From Octopus vulgaris (lineage: Eukaryota): a DNA stretch of 64,000 nt. The translations under genes were made by a program, and so were the position numbers. Where the stretch lies: positions 7,192,001 through 7,256,000 of the forward strand of contig OX597834.1 of the NCBI GenBank assembly GCA_951406725.2. Reading direction: 5' to 3'. Of the stretch, positions 54,500 to 64,000 are shown in pieces (position 1 is the stretch's first letter; every line of letters begins with the position of its first letter). The notes below the pieces were generated by a model. That model was given only the letters and a program-made list of their open reading frames with translations. It did not search any database and was not told the DNA's origin.

Positions 54500-55586
54500 T
54501 GATGTTGATAAATTCCATCCAAGGATTATTCCTCTTATTACCATTATTATTATTGTTATTATTATTATTATTATTGTGTGTGTGTGTGTGCGTGTGTATG
54601 TGTGTAATTGTCTTTGTGTCTGTGTTTGTTCTCCACCACTACTTGACAGTGGTGTTGGTGTGTTTATAGCCCTGTAGCTTAGTGGTTCAGCAAAAGAGAG
54701 TGATAGAATAAGTACTAGGCTCTCCCACCAAAAAAAAAAAAAAAAAAATAAATAAAAGTAGTTTTGTGGTCGATTTGTTTGACTAAACCCCTTCAAGGCT
54801 GTGTTACAGCATGGCCACAGTCAGATGACTGAAATGAGTAAAAGATTAAAGATAAAATATATTTTTGTGTGGTGTCCTGTGAGGGTAAAATGTACTCGCA
54901 AAACTGGCCACTAATTTCAACCATATTTTAATCACATCAAAGATTTTGTTATGATTTTATGGCATATTCTGTTGTGTCTGGGGAGAGTCATTTTCTTTTT
55001 GTACCTTATAATGTAACACACTCACCGGTAAAATTTCCACTTTTTTCTTATTTTTATTTTCCTAATATTTTCGTTGCGTCTTGCAACCTTTCCAATAGTT
55101 TTGACTTTATGGCATAGTTAGGGGAAAATAGTATAATTTTTAATTGCTCACATCATTGATCTTCAGTTTAACACCCGACTCAATAGAGCATTAGTAAATT
55201 CAGTTCTCCCCCTTTGCGGTCCTCTCTCTATGGAAATTTTCCCTCCTCTACTTTTGCTTCCCTTTTTGTTCATGTATTTTCCTGCAACCCACTAACTGCA
55301 CCCTTTTACCAAATTACTACGATTTATAAAGAAAATTTTGTCTCACTAAATGTCGTTTTGGGAAGTCGGTATTTGTTAAAACTGTCAAGTAAGCACTCAC
55401 CACTAATAAATATTTTATTGACTATGGTTTCCATTGAGACATTTATTCAGCACATGACTAGTGTAAAGAAGAATACTAAACTAGAAAACAGGTGACTATG
55501 TGCGTGTGTGTGTGTGTCTGTGTGTATATCAGCAGGTTGAAGAAACAATATAAGGAAAAATGTAAAGAACATCCAGCAGGAATATA

Positions 55587-56036
55587 TATTTCTTTACTAT
55601 CCACAAGGGGCTAAACATAGAGGGGACAAACAAGGACAGACAAAGGGATTAAGTCGATTACATCGACCCCAGTGCGTAACTGGTACTTATTTAATCGACC
55701 CCGAAAGGATGAAAGGCAAAGTCGACCTCGGCGGAATTTGAACTCAGAACATAACGGCAGACGAAATATTGCTCAGCATTTCGCCCGGTGTGCTAACGTT
55801 TCTTATTTCTTTATTGCCCACAAGGGGCGAAACATAGAGGGGACAAACAAGGACAGACAAAGGGATTAAGTCGATTACATCGACCCCAGTGCGTAACTGG
55901 TACTTAATTTATCGACCCCGAAAGGATGAAAGGCAAAGTCGACCTCGGCGGAATTTGAACCCAGAACACTCAACGGCAGATGAAATACGGCTTCACATTT
56001 TGTCCGGCGTGCTAATGTTTCTACCAGCTCGCCTGC
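55587..56036 (-). mobile_element. SINE family A dimer with an alternative junction
   Basis: Minus-strand junction aaagaaatAAGAAAcgttagcacaccgggcg at ~55785-55812; no clear TSD. Confidence 0.88.
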
Positions 56037-56361
56037 TGATGCTGTCTCTCTCCTTAGTAACAATCACACCAGAATGATGAAATAAATACCTGACAAACTA
56101 CTGGTATCACTGTAATTGACTAAAAATTCATTATAAGAACAGAACTCTGCAATGTTTGCCACCCAATGGGAGAAGCCATTAGATGAAAGAATGAGAAAAG
56201 AAAATTAGAATGTCCTATGTTGTATTATGAACCACATGGTTGAGGGTACAGTTTTACTGTGTGGCACTTTGTGCAAGTGTCTTCTACTATAGCCCTGGGC
56301 CAACCAAAGCCTTGTAGACGGAAACTGAAAGAAGCCTGTCATATATATTATATATATATAA

Positions 56362-56813
56362 GTGGTGCTTAAAAGACACCATTCGAGCATGATCATTCCC
56401 AGCGTTGCCTTAGTGGCACTCGAGCCCCGTGCTAGTTGGGTATTCAGAGAACCATCTGAGCGTGATCATTGCCAGAGCGGCTATCTGGCCTCTGTCCTGG
56501 TGGCACGTAAAAGACACCATTCGAGTGTGATCGTTACCAGCATCGCCTTACTGGCACCTGTGCCTGTGGCATGTGTAAAGGATTCGAGCGAAGTCATTGC
56601 CAGTACTGCCTGACTGGCTCCGTGCCGGTTGCACGTAAAAGCATCCACTACACTCTCGGAGTGGTTGGTGTTAGGAAGGGCATCCAGCTGTAGAAAATCT
56701 GCCAGACCAAGATTGAGGCCTGGTGCAGCCATCTGGTTTGCCAGCCCTCAGTCATTCGTCCAACCCATGCTAGCATGGAAAGCGGACGTTAAACGGTGAT
56801 CATGATGATGATG

Positions 56814-56815
<2 letters not shown>
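56362..56815 (+). mobile_element. Family D element with ~4 tandem units, inside a family B SINE (56225-57090)
   Basis: Repeated caccattcgag.gtgatc.tt.ccag units, then the family D tail. Confidence 0.82.
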
Positions 56816-56852
<37 letters not shown>

Positions 56853-57954
56853 ATATGTTTGTGTGTCTGTGTTTGTCCTCCCACCATTGCTTGACAACTG
56901 ATGCCGGTATGTTTACGTCCCTGTAACTTAGCAGTTTGGCAAAAGAGACTGATAGACTAATTACTAAGCTTACAAAAATCAAGTCCTGGGGGTCGATTTG
57001 TTTGATTAAAGGCAGCTCTCCAGCCCTGCCACAGTCAAATGACTGAAAGAAATAAAAGAATAAAAGAATAGAAGAATAGAAGAATAAAAGAATATGAGTG
57101 TTTTATATGAAAGAATGTCTCAGGTTATCTGTGTATGGTGACTACTAAATAATTTGTCATAAATTTTTCTTGTGTTCGCATCTTCTGTTTTATTCTACAA
57201 TTCATCTCTTGCTGAAAAAAAAAAAAAAAGAAAGAAAACGTCTGTCTCATTGTTGTTGCTATTATTGTCGTTTTTGTTGTAGTTGTCTGTAAAGTGCTTC
57301 TCAAACATTCGAAAGAAAACTATAATGATTTTAAAATTCGAAATTTGTTCAATAAAATATATATATATATATATGTATGTGAAAACTGAAGTCCGGCAAC
57401 TGATAGAAAAAAAATAAAATATGAAAAATGATAAACGCTCCCTCCCCACTTCCTCTGGAAATAAACAGTGACTCGAAATGAATAGAAGCGAATGCACAGC
57501 TCAGACTCCGTTTCAAGTGCCGAGAGTTTTAAAAGTATTTTATGGAAATTGAAAATAACTCAGAGAACTTTTAACAAGACACTGTTTTCGATGACATAAG
57601 TCTGTCTACGAGATATTTGCTGCGTGTATGTGTGTGTGTGTGTGTGTTTGAGGGAGAGGGTGGTGGGTGTTGCGGAGTTCATGGTTTCAATCAAATGTTG
57701 AAGTAGTAAAGAAGTTTTAGTTGAATGAAAGCGGAATTCAATACAAAATAAATTATCTTCTATTTCATTACGAATGTGAACCAAAGTTAAGAAGAATTTT
57801 CAAAAGATTTGCTGAGACAAAACACATCAGACAAAATTACATCCATCCATACTTGCATCCATCCATACCACCATCCATCCATACTAACATCCACCCATGT
57901 TTGCCTACATCTCAGCTATTATCAGTGATTTTTCTACACCATAAATCACTCTCT

Positions 57955-58320
57955 TGAGAGGCGGTTGGATGGAACTTACACTTTCCTCCTTATGAGAGCT
58001 CAAAATCTCTCGTGGAAGCATCTTCCAACCCAAGTACAAATATATGGGAAACTACTACCTGTGTCATCTCTTGTGAATGGTAGAAGAGTCCAGTTTGCTG
58101 GACATTGTTGTAGAGCTGAAAACGGGGTAATTTCTACTCATCTCCTCTGGAAGCCATCTGCTCGCAATACCAGAGGGCGCACACTCTCCTACCCTGATGT
58201 AATCTCCAGGGATACAGGCATCCAGCAACAGGACCTCCATAATGCTATGATGGACCGTGAAGTCTGGCGTAACATGGTAAATTCCATTGTCTCGACCACG
58301 GTCGAACCATGATGATGATG
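57955..58320 (+). mobile_element. RTE-type LINE 3' fragment
   Basis: ORF 57965..58312: LDGTYTFLLMRAQNLSWK...RRVQFAGHCCRA; (TGA)n tail. Confidence 0.88.
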
Positions 58321-58400
58321 CTGACATCCTCCACACAGCCAAATGCATTGGAGAATTACTATTTTATGACACTCACCAATTGGATCTTGTATTGAAAGCA

Positions 58401-58724
58401 ATCATCATCATCCTTGTTCGACCGTGGTCGAGACAATGGAATTTACCATGTTACGCCAGATTTTACAGTTCATCATGGCATTACAGAGGTCCTGTTGCTG
58501 GATGCCTGTATCCCTGGAGATTACATCAGGGTAGGAGAGTGTGCGCCCTCTGGTATTGCGAGTAGATGGCTTCCAGAGGAGAAGAGTAGAAATTACCTCT
58601 TTTTCAGCTCTACAACAATGTCCAGCAAACTGGACTCTCTTACCTTTCACAAGAGATGACACAGGTGGTAGTTTCCCATATATTTGCATTTTGGTTGGAT
58701 GGCGTTTCCACGAGAGATTTTGAG
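58401..58724 (-). mobile_element. RTE-type LINE 3' fragment, same family, inverted
   Basis: ORF 58408..58689 is nearly identical in translation. Confidence 0.88.
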
Positions 58725-60096
58725 GTTGTTGTTTGGAGATGTGCTTATAGGTGCAAGGTGTCTGGAAACATGTGTTCCGTTTAAATGATCAGTCATACCT
58801 ATATTCGAATGCTTTTATGGTATGTTCAGTCTATGTTGATGATAAATGATAGCATAGGATGTATAGGAAAGTGTACGAAGTCTATGGGATAGATGTGTAT
58901 ATTTGTGATATACTATAGTGGGATAATGTATGTGGTAGAGTGGAATGTAGCTTGGTAGGAAGCAGAGATGTTATCACAATCACATTATTCAGACCCAAGG
59001 GGCAGAGCAGCTGAGGCAGAAGATGAGGTATTGTTCTTTTTGATAGTGAAAAGTACATACATGCACACCTACACACGTACACACATACACATAACATGTT
59101 CAGAAAGAAGGGATGGACAAAGTGAGAGGGAGAGAGGGAGAGAGAGAGGGAGAGAGTAAGAGAGAGAGAGAGAGAGAGAGAATATAATACGTTTGTATGC
59201 AATATCACAAGCATGATGGAACTTCAAACATGGCAAAAACAATCCCAGTGACATAGTAGAGTAATTATTGAACATGCTGGCTATTGTTTGGCTGATAGTA
59301 TTTCACTACTTAAAGATTCATATTCTTAAACCTATCCTTAGGGTGTCCTCTGGATAAATCATCAGATGAGAATTCACCATTCAGAATTGCCGAGTTCTCG
59401 CAGTTAAAGTCTATTGTCCTGCCACTATCTGTTTACATATTGCGGAGTGTGAATAATGCATTGTACTAACTGCTAATGAATCATAAGTGAACATCTGCTA
59501 TACATGGTCACTTATGCAGTCTGCTTTTCTGTTACAACATTTATTCGACATTACTTTAGTTCTCCTCACCAAACTAACTGGAAATAAGTTTCACATCATT
59601 TGGGAATATTTTCTACAATTATTGTCAAGTATCCTATTCGGTGAGATTCTTCTCTTCCTACCTTTATTGCTTTGAAACAAAGGTTCAACAGAAGATCTCA
59701 AAATATCATGAAATTATAGCACATACGCAGGTATATACACCCATATGCACACATAAGCACAAACACATACATACATGAACACATACATTCTTTACTTATC
59801 GCTTGGTGAATTGAGCTTGTAATAGCGATTGTTAATAACTGTTGATGCTTCAAACTCGGTGGTCTTGTGAGAAGAAGAATATGACAAAATTGAAAGCTTC
59901 GATGAGCTCTGGAGATTTTTACGTTTCAACAACATAACTGTATATTAGCAAATATATCCAGTAGTTGTTGTGGAATTATTGTCACCTGAATAATATATGA
60001 TGATGATTGTGATGATAACTACATATACATGGCATGAATATGTATGCATATATGTGTGTGTGTGTGTGTGCATGTGTGTATGTGTGTGTGTGTATA

Positions 60097-60348
60097 TACA
60101 GGGTGCAATGGGTAAATTGTCGCCATTTTATAGTTTTAATTTCATGCATGTGCATTGTTTGTTCTTGGTTTTGTCAACTATACAGCATAGTAGGGTCAGT
60201 TGGGCACTGTCTGAGAAAAACTGCAACATGCCGCAGTTCACTTTGCCAGAAATTTGGAAAAGACATGCTGTACTGCTTGGCATTTACAGTGGAGGATCCA
60301 ATACAAGCATTTCAGAATGTTTGGATGTCGATCTTAGGACAGTGCAAT
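60097..60348 (+). mobile_element. Left end of a Tc1/mariner-superfamily transposon
   Basis: TA-CAGGGTG terminus; MPQFTLPEIWKRHAVLLGI..G.SNTSISECLDVDLRTVQ resembles an N-terminal HTH. Confidence 0.6.
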
Positions 60349-60796
60349 CTGGCGGGGTCAATAAAATAAGTACCTGTTTAAGCCTGAGGTCAATGCAATT
60401 GGTTGACTCCCGTCCCATTGAAGTTGCTGGCCTTGTGCCAAAATATGAAATCAGTATTTTGTAATATTTATTTGAAAGAACTGTGAGCACACTGGCTGAA
60501 ATGTTTAGCGGCATTTCATCCATATTCATGTTTTGAGTTTGAAAACCACCACGATCAACTTTGCCCTTCATCTATTTGGGGTTGACAAAGAAAGTACCAG
60601 TCGAGCCCTGGGGGTTGATGTAATTAATGTCCCCCACCCCAATTGCTGGCCTTGTGCCAAATTTTGAAGCCAATATTTGGTCACATGCTTATGTTCTGTT
60701 TCCAGTTTCTGTTCAGATCAAATTTGTATTTCATTCTTCAGCATTTCAATAAACTAAAGTACTAATCGAAATTCTGGTCAATTTATAATAAGATTG

Positions 60797-61103
60797 TGGA
60801 GGCGCCATGGCCCAGTGGTTAGGACAGCAGACTCATGGTTGGAGGATCACAGTTTCGATTCCCAGACCGGGCATTGTGTGTGTTTATTGAGCGAAAACAC
60901 CCAAAAGCTCCATGAGGCTCCGGCAGGGGGTGGTGGCGACTCCTGTTGTACTTTTTCACCCCAACTTTCTCTCACTCTCTCTTCCTGTTTCTTGAGTAAT
61001 GCTGCGATGGACTGGTGTCCAGCTGGGAAGAGCACATATGCCACAGAAACCGGGAAACCGGGAAAATGAGCCTGGCTAGGCTTGAAACAGGTGACGTTTA
61101 TCG
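60797..61103 (+). mobile_element. SINE with family C head and a third 3' body (V-domain-like CTGCGATGGACTGG.GTCC)
   Basis: 15-bp TSD tttataataa(g/a)attg at 60782-60796 and 61104-61118. Confidence 0.85.
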
Positions 61104-61731
61104 TTTATAATAAAATTGATATAGAATATCTTGGACATTACTGAGTGTGTCCATTATTTTTCTGAAGATATTTGTTAGGAATATTATTTGAGGATGATTT
61201 GTTCTTCCATTCCTAACAAAACCAATTAACCACCAAGAAGTTCTTTATTTCTTGTACCAGTTAAAAGCTCCCAGCGTATACTGCGAAGTGGTTGGCATTA
61301 GGAAGGGCATCCAGACATTGAGACCAAGCTAAATCAGACTGGAATATGGTACAGCTCTTCAGCTTGCCAGCTTTGGTCAAACCATCCAACCCATACCAAC
61401 ATAGAAAATGGCTATTAAAGGCTGATGATGATGATGATGTAAGATCAAGGAATTTGACCTCAATAAAACCCCCACAAATTACATCAGACAGTGAAATTCT
61501 ACAAAACATCATTTTCTCTCCACTGTCTGTTAATCATCTGTCTGTCTGTCTGTCTGCTTGTCATTGCTCTCGGACAGGTTTATGGTCAAGCCTATGGAAG
61601 TGGAGACCTCCTGCATTTTCGACTCCCAGACCGTATCCCTGCTCACTGCAATCGAGGAATAGATGGATGTTCTCCAAGTGTGAGCCCTGCAAGTCAGAGT
61701 AGGTATTCCAGTACATTTCCCTCACCTTTCT

Positions 61732-62331
61732 TATTTCTTTAACTGCCCACAAGGGGCTAAACATAGAGGGAAAAAACAAGGACAGACAAATGGATTAAGT
61801 CGATTATATTGACCCCAGTGCATAACTGGTACTTAATTTAATTGACCCCGAAAGGATGAACGGCAAAGTTGACCTCACTGGAATTTGAACTCAGAATGTA
61901 GCGGCAGATGAAATACCTATTTCTTTATTACCCACAAGGGGCTAAACACAGAGAGGACAAACAAGGACAGACAAATGGATTAAGTCGATTACATCGAACC
62001 CAGTGCATAACTGGTACTTATTTAATCGACCCCGAAAGGATGAAAGGCAAAGTCGACCTCAGCGGAATTTGAACTCAGAACATAACGACAGATGAAATAC
62101 CTATTTCTTTATTACCCACAAGGGGCTAAACACAGAGGGGACAAACAAGGACAGACATAGGTATTAAGTCGATTACATCGACCCCAGTGCGCAACTGGTA
62201 CTTAATTTATCGACCCCGAAAGGATGAAAGGCAAAGTCGACCTCAGCGGAATTTGAACTCAGAACATAACGCAGATGAAATACCGCTAAGTATTTCACCT
62301 GACATGCTAACGTTTCTGCCAGCTCGCCACC
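61732..62331 (-). mobile_element. SINE family A, head plus 3 bodies
   Basis: 17-bp TSD at(t/c)tccctcacctttct at 61715-61731 and 62335-62351. Confidence 0.92.
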
Positions 62332-63189
62332 TTAATCTCCCTCACCTTTCTCTGGGGCGGGGTAGCACCTTTTCCATTTTGTCTGCTGGGACCATGAGGC
62401 AGTCTGAATCACAGGAAATCACAAGAATATAAGAATTCCATAGCTTACTACACGAACAATATGTCAGTGGTGTAGTTGTCAATGAGAAAAAAGCATGAAA
62501 AAAAATCTAATACTGCTTTCAAATAGATTAAGAAACGACTATGAAAATGGTGATACTTTTTAACCAATTCTCTTTGTTCCACTTAATTTTGTTTTACCAT
62601 AGATAAATACCTGAACATCGTTCATTTCAACCATTTATCTGTCCTTAACGCTAAATACACAGTTCTGTTCCTTCACAAATTTTTATTATTAATATAGTGT
62701 TTTGCTCTTTAATTATTCATTTCTAGGCCAATAATATTACATTTGTCTCCACCTGCCAACCATGTGTGAAAACAAGTCGGCAGTGCCAAACCGAAAAGCC
62801 AGGAATAACTATCTAACAAATGCCAATGTGGAACGAATCGTGTAAAATGGCATTATTAAGACTATTAGTAACGATGTAGCGGAGGGGGGTCCGGCGGTGG
62901 TGATAATAATAGAGTTATAATAATGGTAATAGTCACTGTGGTTGGTATCCATGGGGGGTGGGCATTGATAGTCGTAATAATGGGAATATTAAAACTGGAG
63001 AAAGAGTTGCTGTAAAATGGTGCTCCAGTGTGGCCACGCTTTAATAAGTGGAGAGAAAACTATAAAAGCGTAATGGTAACGATGTTGTTGTTGTTGTTGT
63101 TGTAGTGGTGGTACAATTAGGAGATTTTATAGTAACGAGAGAAATATTACTGTTTGTGACAGTGGTTGTATATAGCTGGTATTGCTGGT

Positions 63190-63227
63190 GATGGTAGTAG
63201 CAGTAGCTTCAGCAGCAGCAGTGGTAA

Positions 63228-63258
<31 letters not shown>

Positions 63259-64000
63259 TGTGGTGGTGGTGGTGGTGGTGGTGGTAGTAGTAGTAGTTGT
63301 GGTAGTAGTAGTAGTGGTGGTGGTGGTGGCAGGGGTAGAGTTGTTAATGGTAGTTGTAGTAATTGTACCAGCGGCAGCAGCAGCAGCAGTAGTAATGGTG
63401 GTAGTGGTGGTGGTAGTATAAATGACAGTTTTCTTAATGTTGCTTTAACATTGGTTTCAAATTTTGGCACAAGGCCAGCAATTTTCGATGGGAGAGGGTA
63501 GGTTGAGGATATCAACCCCAGGACTCAACTGGTACTTATTTTATCAAACCCGAAGAAATAAATGAAAGGCGGTGGTGGTGGTGGTGGTGGTGGTGGTGGT
63601 GGTGGTGGTGGTGGTGGTGGTGGTGGTGGTGGTGATGGTGGTGGTAGTAGTGGTGGTCGTGGTGGTGGTAGTAGTGGTGGTGATGGTGGTGGTGGTAGTG
63701 GTGGTGGTGGTGGTGACGGCGGTGGCAGCGGTGGTGGTGGTGATGATGGTGATGGTGGTGGTGGTAGTGGTGGTGGTGGTGATGATGGTGATGGTGGTGA
63801 CGGCGGTGGTGGTGGTGGTGGTGGTGGTGGTGGGTGATGGTGATGGTGGTGGTGATGGTGGTGGTGGTGGTGGTGGTGGTGGTGGTGGTAGTAGTGGAGT
63901 TCGTGGTCGTGGTAGTAGTGGTGGTGGTGGTGGTGATGGTTGTGGTGGTAGTGGTGGTGGTGATGGTGGCGGCGGTGGCAGCGGTGGTGGTGGTGATGAT
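63190..64000. repeat. (GGT)/(AGT) trinucleotide domain interrupted by a SINE fragment (~63445-63570)
   Basis: Direct reading; poly-G/S/V ORFs. Confidence 0.95.

Noticed and set aside
63166-63837. Gly/Ser-rich structural protein ORFs
   Set aside because: (GGT)/(AGT) microsatellite interrupted by a SINE fragment.

Overview
Repeat-saturated, AT-rich eukaryotic intronic or intergenic DNA. The SINE, LINE and microsatellite content looks like a coleoid cephalopod, most likely Octopus (recognition from memory, not a database search). No intact host protein-coding gene is supported, and nearly all long ORFs in the track are translations of microsatellites. The window contains several tRNA-derived SINE families (called A-D here); 5'-truncated LINE fragments (RTE, CR1, R4/Dong-type REL, one L1/Tx1-like 3' end); decayed Tc1/mariner elements and MITEs; and many Penelope-like element (PLE) remnants. 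Three PLE remnants keep GIY-YIG coding traces. The two most notable observations are: (1) several distinct families of short, often fold-back elements sitting in (TA)n tracts, each carrying a minimal type I hammerhead-ribozyme fold with a family-specific catalytic-core variant (G3-C8, U3-A8, U4C, A6U) beside one canonical copy; (2) a SINE that occurs as one head plus 2-4 tandem bodies inside a single target-site duplication, with junctions at tail-to-body microhomologies. All structures were read by eye and need computational and biochemical confirmation.
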